From: an uncultured bacterium
GTDB taxonomy: Bacteria; Patescibacteriota; Minisyncoccia; Phycocordibacterales; UBA9973
Length of the DNA stretch: 64,000 bases
NCBI GenBank assembly: GCA_903894565.1
Contig: CAITQP010000005.1
Span: forward strand, 28,971-92,970
Reading direction: 5' to 3'
Shown here in pieces: positions 18,777 through 27,850 of the stretch; the stretch's first letter is position 1, and each line of letters opens with the position of its first letter. The translations under genes and the position numbers were made by a program. The notes beneath the pieces were generated by a model. It saw only the letters and a list, made by a program, of their open reading frames with translations. It made no database searches and was not told where the DNA came from.

Positions 18777-20312
18777 ATGAAAAATATTTTTCTTTCGATC
18801 AAGACGTATTATGAGTCTCACCCAAAACGATTTTGGGTTCTTGGCGCGGTTGTCGTAGTTGCGATTTTGTATGCGATATTCCATACAACCCCTAGCACAG
18901 TGACAGTCTATCCTGTCGCAAAGGCTGATTTGCAATCTACGATCCTTGCAACAGGACAAGTAACAAGCGCAACTGATCTCAGTTTGTCATTTTCTACAAA
19001 TGGGACGATTGAGACACTTCCAGTTGCTGTCGGCGACAGAGTTACGAAAGGTCAGATTATTGCAACATTAAACAATGCAAGTGAGTATGCCGCTCTCAAG
19101 TCTGCCCAAGCAAATTACCAAAAGGTGGTTCAAGGATCTTCGAACGAAGAAATCGCTGTTGCGCAAGCAGGACTTGCTTCAGCACAATCAAGTCTCGAAA
19201 GTGCAAAAAAAGTACAAGGCAATTTGGTTGCAAGTGCATATTCAGCGATGCTCAATGGTGATCTTTCACCTGAGTCAGTATCGGGAACTGTAACGATTGC
19301 TCCACTCTTGTCGGGAACATATTCAGGAAGCGGAGAGGGAGCATATACTATTACTACGTACTCAACAGGGAATGGTGGATACTTTTCATATGACGGAATT
19401 GAATCGGGGACTGGTCAGATCAATTCTGGGACAACGAGCGCTTTGGGGACACACGGTCTCTTCCTCCAGTTTCCCGCAAACTATCCGTTCGGAACGAACA
19501 CTCTTTGGAAAGTAACAATTCCGAATACAAAATCATCCAACTATCTTACTCGTTACAACGCATATCAAGATGCATTAAAAATGCAAGATAGTACGGTAGC
19601 TGCAGCTCAAGCTGCTGTTGTCCAAGCTCAGGCAAATCTTGATTTGAAGAAGGCGGGTGCACGATCTGCTGACCTCGATATCGCGAATGCGCAAGTGCTT
19701 TCTGCTCAAGCAACGTATGATAAGACGATCCTTGTTGCACCAGCGGGAGGTACTGTCGTTCATGTGGACTCAAAGATTGGTGAACAGGCCAAAGCGCAAC
19801 AGGAAGTTGTTACGATTCAGGACGTTGGCAATCTCTATGTTGAGGCGGATATCAATGAAACAAACATCGCACGTGTCGCGCTCGGTCAGCCTGTGCGCAT
19901 GACACTCGATGCATTTGGCCCAGACACTATTTTTACTGGATCAGTTATTCATATTGATCCATCTTCTACGACAGCTGATGGAGTCGTGAATTACAAAATG
20001 AAAGCATCAATTCAAAATCCAGTTTGTAAGGATACACAGGACTGCGTTGATCTGATCAAGGACAAGGTTCGCCCAGGCATGAATGCGAATATGATCATCA
20101 CAGCGTGGGACAAACCTGATGCTATTGCGATACCCAAAGCTGCGCTTATCAAGGAGAGCGATGGAACAACGAGCGTCAATTTGATTGTTGACGATAAGAC
20201 AGGTGAATACAAAAAACAAACAGTTGTCGTCGGCCTTGTCGGTGATGGCGAACTCGTCGAGGTCGTGAGCGGCCTCTCCGGTGGAGAGAAGATTGCAGTG
20301 GGTGCGAAGTAA
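18777..20312 (+). CDS. MacA/HlyD-type membrane fusion (adaptor) protein with internal beta-rich insertion
   Basis: N-terminal TM, lipoyl halves (VAVGDRVTKGQIIATL; ILVAPAGGTV), coiled coil and beta-barrel (VRPGMNANM). Confidence 0.88.
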   Translation: MKNIFLSIKTYYESHPKRFWVLGAVVVVAILYAIFHTTPSTVTVYPVAKADLQSTILATGQVTSATDLSLSFSTNGTIETLPVAVGDRVTKGQIIATLNNASEYAALKSAQANYQKVVQGSSNEEIAVAQAGLASAQSSLESAKKVQGNLVASAYSAMLNGDLSPESVSGTVTIAPLLSGTYSGSGEGAYTITTYSTGNGGYFSYDGIESGTGQINSGTTSALGTHGLFLQFPANYPFGTNTLWKVTIPNTKSSNYLTRYNAYQDALKMQDSTVAAAQAAVVQAQANLDLKKAGARSADLDIANAQVLSAQATYDKTILVAPAGGTVVHVDSKIGEQAKAQQEVVTIQDVGNLYVEADINETNIARVALGQPVRMTLDAFGPDTIFTGSVIHIDPSSTTADGVVNYKMKASIQNPVCKDTQDCVDLIKDKVRPGMNANMIITAWDKPDAIAIPKAALIKESDGTTSVNLIVDDKTGEYKKQTVVVGLVGDGELVEVVSGLSGGEKIAVGAK

Positions 20313-20315
20313 CCT

Positions 20316-21593
20316 ATGGCGGACCGCACACGCATCGAAAATTCATTTTCCCAAAACATTAAAGTCGGTTGGTATCTTGCCAAACGCGATATTAAGCGTG
20401 CCAATATTTGGACGACTGGACTCATCGTGCTCGTCATGACGTTTACGTTTCTTAATCTTGTCGTCGTTGCTGGAATTCTCGTCGGACTTATACAAGGCTC
20501 CGAGGATGCACAAAAAAAATATGCGATTGGAGACATTGTGATCTCATCTTTTTTGGATCACGCCTTTATTGAGCAGTCACCCAAAGTCGCAGATATTGCG
20601 AAAACAATCCCTGGATTTAAAGACGAAACTGTTCGCTATAGTGGGTCAGCAAAAGTGGAGAGTAACTATCGTAAGACACTTGCTCCAGGCGAAATTGCAG
20701 ATGGTGCAGGAGGTTCTTTCCTGGGTATTGATCCTGTTGCAGAAGAAAATTTTTCTGGTGTTTCAAAATTTGTCATTCGTGGACAATATCTCACACCGGA
20801 AGATCAGGACAGTGTTTTGATTGGTAAAAATTTACTCTATGAGTTTACTCCGATTGATGCACCTGGTTTTCAAACACTCAAAAATGTTTCGATTGGTTCG
20901 CGTATTCGTATTACGGTTGGGAATAACCAAAAAGAATATTATGTGAAAGGAATCGTGTCTTCAAAAGTCGATGTGTTTGATACGTCGGTGATTGGACTTG
21001 CAAGTGAAGTTCGCAAGATGACAGGCAGAACGGATTTGAACGCATCATCGATCGCGATTCAGCTTCTTCCGAACACCGATCCTATTGCAGCCAAACAATT
21101 CTTGCTTGATAGTGGTGTTGGTTCGTATGGGCGTGTGCAAACTGCTGCTGAAGCATTTCCAAAATTCTTGCAGGATATCAAGACCACATTCGCGATTCTT
21201 GGAAACGCGATCAGTGGTATTGGTTTGATTGTGGCATCAATCACAATTTTCATTGTTATTTTTGTCAACGCAATCACTCGTCGTAGATTCATTGGAATTT
21301 TGAAGGGGATTGGTATCAACCGTCGTGCGATATTATATTCCTACATGTTTCAAGCACTGATTTATGCATTGATTGGTGTGACGATTGGTATGTTTCTTGT
21401 ATTCGTGATTATCAAACCATATTTCTCTGCAAACCCGATCAACTTCCCATTCTCGGATGGTATTCTTGTTGCTACTGTTTCGGGTACATTCTTGCGCGCT
21501 GGAATCCTTATGGTGACGACGATAATCGCTGGATATATTCCTGCACGTATCGTTATTAAACAAAACACGTTGAGCGCGATTCTCGGAAGATAA
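20316..21593 (+). CDS. ABC transporter permease, FtsX/MacB/LolE-like
   Basis: TM, large extracellular domain, then 3 TM; RRRFIGILKGIG motif. Confidence 0.9.
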   Translation: MADRTRIENSFSQNIKVGWYLAKRDIKRANIWTTGLIVLVMTFTFLNLVVVAGILVGLIQGSEDAQKKYAIGDIVISSFLDHAFIEQSPKVADIAKTIPGFKDETVRYSGSAKVESNYRKTLAPGEIADGAGGSFLGIDPVAEENFSGVSKFVIRGQYLTPEDQDSVLIGKNLLYEFTPIDAPGFQTLKNVSIGSRIRITVGNNQKEYYVKGIVSSKVDVFDTSVIGLASEVRKMTGRTDLNASSIAIQLLPNTDPIAAKQFLLDSGVGSYGRVQTAAEAFPKFLQDIKTTFAILGNAISGIGLIVASITIFIVIFVNAITRRRFIGILKGIGINRRAILYSYMFQALIYALIGVTIGMFLVFVIIKPYFSANPINFPFSDGILVATVSGTFLRAGILMVTTIIAGYIPARIVIKQNTLSAILGR

Positions 21594-21594
21594 T

Positions 21595-22275
21595 ATGATA
21601 GAAGTAAAAAAACTCACCAAAATATTTATATCAGGCGAACAAAGGATAGTAGCGCTTGATAACCTTACTTTTAGTGTGCCAGAAGGACAATTCCTCACGG
21701 TCACAGGAAAATCTGGCTCAGGAAAATCAACATTACTGTATCAGCTTGGGTTGCTTGATTTGCCCACAAGCGGGGAAGTCCTCATTGACGGAGTTGATAT
21801 GATACCCGTATCTGAGAACGAACGAACAATGACCCGACTGAACGATCTTGGATATATTTTTCAAGACTACGCGATTATTCCTTCACTGACAGCACTTGAA
21901 AATACTGTTGTGCCACTTCTGATGCAAGGATACCCACTTCCTGAAGCCGAAGAGAAAGCAAAGAAAGCACTTATTCGAGTTGGTCTCGGCGATCGTATGA
22001 ACAATCTGCCAAGCCAGCTTTCGGGAGGTCAGCAACAACGTGTTGCGATCGCACGCGCGATTGGTCACAGTCCAAAAATTATTTTTGCCGATGAACCAAC
22101 TGCCAACCTTGATTCAGAAACATCTGATCAAGTTATTCAAACATTCATCGACCTCAACAAGGAAGGGCAGACTATCGTCATGGTGACGCATGAGCCGGAA
22201 TATGCTAAATTGGCGCATCGCACAATCACGATGGCTGACGGCAAAGTCCTGAGTGATGTCATGAACAAAAAGTAA
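21595..22275 (+). CDS. ABC transporter ATP-binding protein (LolD/MacB-like)
   Basis: GKSGSGKST, LSGGQQQRVAIARA, FADEPTANLD, MVTH. Confidence 0.96.
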   Translation: MIEVKKLTKIFISGEQRIVALDNLTFSVPEGQFLTVTGKSGSGKSTLLYQLGLLDLPTSGEVLIDGVDMIPVSENERTMTRLNDLGYIFQDYAIIPSLTALENTVVPLLMQGYPLPEAEEKAKKALIRVGLGDRMNNLPSQLSGGQQQRVAIARAIGHSPKIIFADEPTANLDSETSDQVIQTFIDLNKEGQTIVMVTHEPEYAKLAHRTITMADGKVLSDVMNKK

Positions 22276-22297
22276 TTGGGCGCTCCCGTTCAAACCT

Positions 22298-22996
22298 ATG
22301 CATTTCTACGTTATAACACTATTTCCCGAAGCCTTTGATTCATATCTCAATGAGTCAATCATTGGTCGTGCAATCAAAGAAAAACGGATCAAAGTCACGT
22401 TTGTAAATCCGCGAATGTTCGTCTCGGGCAAGAAGTACAAACGCGTATGGCCTGACGGCAACGTGTCACGCATCGTGGATGATCGTCCATTCGGTGGAGG
22501 CCCGGGAATGATTATCCGCGCGGAACCTGTCTTGAAAGCGGTTGAAAGTATTGCGAAGAAAATTGCAAAAAAAGAGAATCGAAAAACAAAAATCATTCAC
22601 TTCAGTCCGAGCGGAACAAAATTTACAACGAGCTACGCGAAAGCGACCGTGAAGAAATATACCGATGTCGTTATGCTGTGCGGACGATATGAGGGGATCG
22701 ATGCGCGTGTTGCGAAGATATTGAAAGCAGAAGATGTTTCAATTGGAGATTATGTGCTCACGGGAGGGGAGCTTCCAGCGATGGTGCTCATCGATTCGAT
22801 GGCGCGCCAAATCCCTGGCGTGCTCGGCACATTCGATTCGCTCGAAGAAGAGCGTGTCTCGTCGAGCGAATTCTATACTCGCCCAGAAGTGCTCGAATGG
22901 AAGAAAAAAAAATATGCAGTGCCACCCGTCCTCCTCTCAGGCGACCACAAGAAAATTGAAGCATGGAAAATGGAACACAATAAAAAAGAACCGTAA
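22298..22996 (+). CDS. trmD: tRNA (guanine37-N1)-methyltransferase
   Basis: VDDRPFGGGPGM, LCGRYEGID, SIGDYVLTGGELPA, YTRP. Confidence 0.97.
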   Translation: MHFYVITLFPEAFDSYLNESIIGRAIKEKRIKVTFVNPRMFVSGKKYKRVWPDGNVSRIVDDRPFGGGPGMIIRAEPVLKAVESIAKKIAKKENRKTKIIHFSPSGTKFTTSYAKATVKKYTDVVMLCGRYEGIDARVAKILKAEDVSIGDYVLTGGELPAMVLIDSMARQIPGVLGTFDSLEEERVSSSEFYTRPEVLEWKKKKYAVPPVLLSGDHKKIEAWKMEHNKKEP

Positions 22997-23021
22997 TATT
23001 TATCTATTACGGTTCTTTTTT
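22982..23021. terminator. Bidirectional terminator overlapping trmD 3' end
   Basis: 17-bp perfect arms AAAAAAGAACCGTAATA/TATTACGGTTCTTTTTT between convergent genes. Confidence 0.75.
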
Positions 23022-23027
23022 GATTTC

Positions 23028-23522
23028 TTAGAAAATGTTAGAACGATATTCGTCCTCTTTTGTAATCAAGGCGAGATAACCGTTTTTTAACATAAGGTTT
23101 TTTTTCATATCAACAAAAGGCCACAGGTATAAAAGTGCGTTCGCAATTGTAATACTTGTAATTACAAGAATGTGTACTTCGTCTCTCGAATTAAATGTAT
23201 CGAGACACAGGGTGAATGCTGACGTTGCTTCCATCCAGTAATCACTTGCCCGCATATCATTCATGTATTCAAGACGCTTGCCATTAGGATCCAAATCCAC
23301 GTTTATTTGGTTAAATAATGAAGTACCGGTGAGTTGATATCTTCCATTGTATCCTTGAAGCACTTCCATTGAGATTGTGAACAGAGGATCATTCGCTTGA
23401 CCTGTCAGCAAATGGGTGATAACAGGTGTTGATTTCGTAATTTTTCCAGCTAGATGATTTTTCGTTTCTAAATCTAGATTTTGCGGATTTACCGCGACGA
23501 TTGTTATTGTTGATTTTATCAT
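23028..23522 (-). CDS. Hypothetical protein, possibly a degenerate histidine-phosphatase fold
   Basis: AT-rich ORF filling the intergenic space; C-terminal ILVITSITIANALL...LKNGYLALI pattern; start uncertain (23522 or 23579). Confidence 0.5.
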   Translation of the reverse strand: MIKSTITIVAVNPQNLDLETKNHLAGKITKSTPVITHLLTGQANDPLFTISMEVLQGYNGRYQLTGTSLFNQINVDLDPNGKRLEYMNDMRASDYWMEATSAFTLCLDTFNSRDEVHILVITSITIANALLYLWPFVDMKKNLMLKNGYLALITKEDEYRSNIF

Positions 23523-23627
23523 TGGTACAAGTTTTGATACTTTATACAACATTTTTATAAATTTAGCAAGCATGGGCAAAAATAGTATTCACTAGAACAC
23601 GAACTGCGCTCATGGTACTGTTAGTGC

Positions 23628-25319
23628 ATGCAAGAAACACACACGTGTCGTATCTGCTCACATGACTTCGCTATAACCGAGGAGGATTTTGGATTTTATG
23701 AGAAGATGGCCGTGCCTGCGCCAACACTTTGTGCTGAGTGCCGTCAACAACGTCGCTACGCATGGCGCAACGAGCGCACATTGTATCGCTGAACGTGCGA
23801 CTTTTGTGGCAAAAGTACGGTGACAATTTATTCTCCAAACAAACCATTCAAAGTATATTGTGTTCCGTGTTGGTGGAGTGACGGTTGGGATCCCGCAAGC
23901 TTCGGACGTGACTACGATTTCTCACGACCGTTTTTTGAACAATTTAGCGGGCTCCAACATGAGGTGCCACGCATGGCATTACTCACGAAAAATAGTATCA
24001 ATTCTGAATACACAAATCATTCCGGTGATAATAAAAATGTGTATCTTTCCTTTGCTGCTTTTGGATCAGAGAATGTATGGTACAGCACCTGGGCCATGAA
24101 GTCTCGTGACTGCATGGACTGTAGTTTTATTGCCGACAAAGGTGAGCGTTTATATTTTGTTTCTGATTCTCGCACTTCGTATAAGTGTCAGTACGGAATT
24201 TTCTTGAAAGACTGTTCCTCGTGTCACTACGTATACGATGCTCACGGATGTACTAATTGTTTTATGTCGTCGAATATGCGAAACAAGAGCTACATGTTTC
24301 GGAATGAGCAATGCACTCGAGAAGAATATTTTCAAAAAATGCAGGAAATTGATTTGTCTTCATTCGAGACGAGAGAAACATTGAGTGAAGAGTTCGAAGT
24401 GCTAATGGAAATTGGTTCCATACATCGTTATGTCGTTAGTGAGCGCAATGCTAACTCAATTGGGTCTCTTATGTACGATTGTAAAAACGTTACTGATTCT
24501 TTTGAAACAAACAAATGTGAGGACTCTAAATATATTTATGGTGGAATAGAAAATAGAAACTGCGCGGATATTTACCATGTTGGCTATAACGTTGAACTTT
24601 GTTACGAACTGCAAGGCTGTACTCGAGTGACGAATTCAGCGTTTTGTCATTTGTGCTACGACAATACGTTTTTGCAGTATTGTGATTCCTGCCAGAATAG
24701 TCAGAATTTGTTTGGGTGTGTATCGATAAAAAAAGGTGAGTACATGATTCTCAATAAAAAATATTCCAAAGAGGAATATACTTATCTTCGCGCGAGAATC
24801 ATCGAGCAGATGAAATCGACTGGTGAGTATGGTGAATTTTTCCCACCAAATATTGCACCTGTGTATTACAACGAAACACAAGGCGCACTCTATATGCCAC
24901 TCTCGAAAGAGGAAACGCTTGCTCGTGGCTGGCAGTGGGAAGACAACCTTCCAGGGACATACGGCAAAGAGACGGTCACTCCGGAGAATGTACCTGATTC
25001 GATTCTCGAGGTGTCAGACTCAGCGACCAAAGAAATTTATCGTTGCATGACGTGCACGAAGAATTTTAATATCGTACCTGATGAACTCGCGTTCTATCGT
25101 CGAGAAATAATTCCACTTCCGCGCCGCTGCCCTGATTGTAGATACAAACGTCGTTTTGCACTTCGTCCACCACGCAAGCTCTGGCCGAGGACATGTATGT
25201 GTACACGGACGAATCACGAACACGGAGATACGTGTCCGAACACATTCGAGACTCCATTTGCCCCCGAACGACCTGAACAGGTATTTTGTGAAGCGTGTTA
25301 TCAGCAGGAAGTGATATAA
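23628..25319 (+). pseudogene. CPR-type Cys-rich zinc-ribbon protein interrupted by one in-frame TGA (pseudogene or read-through)
   Basis: ATG at 23628 gives MQETHTCRICSHDF...LCAECRQQRRYAWRNERTLYR*TCDFCGKS, in frame with the 23820-25319 ORF. TGA is at 23790-23792. Many CxxC pairs. Confidence 0.8.
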
Positions 25320-25357
25320 TACAAGTCTACTAGCGTGCGTAGCGAGCTCTCTATTTC

Positions 25358-26725
25358 ATGAAAGTATTCATCTCAAGCATTGTTATTGTGTTCTTGATTG
25401 TCTCAGGGTATTTTTTGTTCCACCGCGCAACTGCGCCAAAGACTGCTCCAGCGCCTGCTGTTGGGAAAACGTCGTTTTCAGTTTTGATTGCTGTTCCGCT
25501 TCCAGGGTCGCTTTTGACGGCGACACAGTCAGTCGTCGCGATAGCGACGACGAATAGTACGCTCAAGGATATCGTTCTTCAAATCGATGGCATTACGGTG
25601 GCGACATGCACAACATCGCCGTGTTCGTATGATTGGGATACAACGAAGTCTGCGAATGGTAGGCACACCATTCTAGCAACGGCGAGCGACGAGACTCTGG
25701 CTGTCATAAAAACGGAACCACTGTTCGTTACGGTCAGCAATCAACCAGTCACACAGAATGCCACTCCAAAAAATACACCGGCCAAATCAGAGACCCGAGC
25801 AACACCCGTCGTGACGCATCCGATTGTGTCAAAACCTACACCAACCCCAGTACCGATTGTGCAAGTCAAAAAAGCAGGAACACCTGATCCATTGCCCACA
25901 ATCACGCAAAGTCCGCTCGTGAATGATTCGTCGAGCACAGAAATGCTTTCGTGGAAAACGAATGTGCCGACGACATCACATGTGCAATATGGTACGACGA
26001 GTTCAACGACGAGCACGTATCCAATGACGACACCTGAAGAGACTGTTCTGTCGACCGATCACACCGTCAAACTCACACAGCTCGTTGCTGGCAAGACGTA
26101 CTATTATCAAATCGTCGCGAGCGATGCGAGCGGACACGTGGTCACTTCGGCAGAAAAATCCTTTACGATTCCTGTGATGACGATTATGGCTATCACTGCG
26201 TCAGATTTGTTTGCGACGACGGCGACTATCAAGTGGACGACGAATTTTAAAACAGAAGGGCAGGTGATTTGGGGGCCGACGAGTTCGAGTGTCGGGCAGT
26301 ATAGTTATAGTACGGTGCAATCGAGTGATTTTACGACGGCACATACGGCCACAGTGACACAGGCGAGCGCGGGCACGACGTACTTCTATCGAGTCATCTC
26401 GATTGATTCTGCGGGCAACAAAGTCACCTCACCAGAGTCGACATTCACGACATCGAAGATTACGATTGGCTCGACTCATTATTCTGTGCAAGGGGAGACG
26501 ATTGAATGGCAGACGACGACTGCTGTCAAAAGCGAACTCAAGTACGGCACGCAGAGTCTGACGACGAATGCGTACCCATTTAACGTTACTGATGGCAATT
26601 TGGTTATTTCACACTCAACACTGCTTCCAGGAATAAGCTCAAACACGACATACTACTATCGCATCACAACGACAGATGCATCGGGTGTCAAGGTTACCTC
26701 GCCAGAGTATTCTTTCAACAGTTAG
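25358..26725 (+). CDS. Membrane-anchored/secreted protein with an Ig-like domain and three fibronectin type III repeats
   Basis: N-terminal hydrophobic helix, Ig-like WDTTKSANGRHTILATASD, P/T linker, and three W.T...YG...H...TTYYY repeats. Confidence 0.85.
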   Translation: MKVFISSIVIVFLIVSGYFLFHRATAPKTAPAPAVGKTSFSVLIAVPLPGSLLTATQSVVAIATTNSTLKDIVLQIDGITVATCTTSPCSYDWDTTKSANGRHTILATASDETLAVIKTEPLFVTVSNQPVTQNATPKNTPAKSETRATPVVTHPIVSKPTPTPVPIVQVKKAGTPDPLPTITQSPLVNDSSSTEMLSWKTNVPTTSHVQYGTTSSTTSTYPMTTPEETVLSTDHTVKLTQLVAGKTYYYQIVASDASGHVVTSAEKSFTIPVMTIMAITASDLFATTATIKWTTNFKTEGQVIWGPTSSSVGQYSYSTVQSSDFTTAHTATVTQASAGTTYFYRVISIDSAGNKVTSPESTFTTSKITIGSTHYSVQGETIEWQTTTAVKSELKYGTQSLTTNAYPFNVTDGNLVISHSTLLPGISSNTTYYYRITTTDASGVKVTSPEYSFNS

Positions 26726-26808
26726 GGGATTAGGCTGTTTCCTCGAGAGAGATATGGTATAATGGCAGGAGTAGCATTTATTATAATCAGTAATTAAGAA
26801 TCAATATC

Positions 26809-27105
26809 ATGGCTGAGAAAAAAGTAGTAGCAAAAAAAACAGTTGCAAAAAAAGCAGGAGGAACATCTGCATTTATGAAACCAATGAACATCAGTGACGA
26901 GCTTGCGCTCGTTGTTGGAAAAGGCCCAATGCCTCGTTCAGAAGTAGTGAAGGCTCTCTGGGCTTACATCAAGAAGAATAAACTTCAGGATGAGAAAAAC
27001 AAGCGCAATATCAACGCTGACGACAAACTCAAGGCCGTCTTCGCAGGAAAGAAGGTCGTGAACATGTTCGAAATGACAAAGCTCGTTTCTGCACACCTTT
27101 CCTAA
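26809..27105 (+). CDS. Stand-alone SWIB/MDM2 domain protein
   Basis: FMKPMNISDELA..VG..PMPRSEVVKALWAYIKKNKLQD..NKRNI.AD.KL..VF....VNMFEMTKLVSAHL; Lys-rich N-terminal tail. Confidence 0.92.
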   Translation: MAEKKVVAKKTVAKKAGGTSAFMKPMNISDELALVVGKGPMPRSEVVKALWAYIKKNKLQDEKNKRNINADDKLKAVFAGKKVVNMFEMTKLVSAHLS

Positions 27106-27122
27106 TCAGAGGCATGCGATGT

Positions 27123-27155
27123 AAAAACCACAAGAGGTAATCTCTTGTGGTTTTT
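27123..27155 (+). terminator. Intrinsic terminator
   Basis: AAAAACCACAAGAG-GTAAT-CTCTTGTGGTTTTT. Confidence 0.7.
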
Positions 27156-27190
27156 AGTTTTCGTTTAACATGCAGTGATACAGTATCAAT

Positions 27191-27499
27191 ATGAATATCG
27201 AAACGATCACTTCGCAAATCGATGACTTCATTTTGAAGCTTAAACCGGAAACGCGAGCTCGGGTGATTCGAGTCATAGAATTGCTCGAAAAATACGAAAA
27301 TAAGCTTGGCATGCCTTTCAGTAAAAGCATCGGGAATGCCTTGTTTGAACTTCGTATAATAGGAAAGGAACATATTCGCATTGTGTATTGTTTCCATAAG
27401 AATACTATTTTCTTACTTACTGTTTTTAACAAGAAAACAAGCAAGATTCCTCGATCTGAAATTGAACTCGCAAAGAAAAGAAGAAAAATGCTTGTATAA
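27191..27499 (+). CDS. Type II toxin, RelE/HigB (Gp49-like) family
   Basis: LGMPFSKSIG..LFELRI.....RIVYCF......LLTVFNKKTSKIP..EIELA. Confidence 0.88.
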   Translation: MNIETITSQIDDFILKLKPETRARVIRVIELLEKYENKLGMPFSKSIGNALFELRIIGKEHIRIVYCFHKNTIFLLTVFNKKTSKIPRSEIELAKKRRKMLV

Positions 27500-27527
27500 C
27501 GTATATGGTATATGGTATCATATACAA

Positions 27528-27797
27528 ATGACACGATTTAAAAAAGTAAAAAAAATTGCACTCAAAGACCCCGGTACTCGAAAAGCATACAGAGAAATGG
27601 ATCTTGAGTTTTCGATAGTCAGCCAAATCATTGAAAAACGAATTCAGCTCGGATTGTCTCAAAAGGACCTTGCACTTAAAATTGGTACGAAGCAACCCTC
27701 GATTGCGCGATTTGAGTCGGGTACATACAACCCAACAGTCGTATTTTTACAGAAGGTTTCAAGAGCGCTCGGCGGAGAACTGAAAATAACCATATAA
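27528..27797 (+). CDS. XRE-family HTH antitoxin (HigA-like)
   Basis: RIQLGLSQKDLALKIGTKQPSIARFESGTYNPTV; lies downstream of the toxin; start MTRFKK. Confidence 0.88.
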   Translation: MTRFKKVKKIALKDPGTRKAYREMDLEFSIVSQIIEKRIQLGLSQKDLALKIGTKQPSIARFESGTYNPTVVFLQKVSRALGGELKITI

Positions 27798-27800
27798 CAA

Positions 27801-27838
27801 CTCTTGACTCTTGACTCTTGACCAAAAATAAGTAATAT
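27801..27838 (+). promoter_or_regulatory. rpoB promoter region with (CTCTTGA)x3 tandem repeat
   Basis: TTGAC occurs at 27804, 27811 and 27818; TAATAT at 27833-27838. Confidence 0.55.
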
Positions 27839-27850
27839 ACATACCACTAC

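Noticed and set aside
23790-23819. Selenocysteine codon with SECIS
   Set aside because: The position appears to correspond to Arg rather than Cys, the hairpin loop is only 14 nt from the TGA, and no sel genes are visible. Kept only as a read-through possibility.
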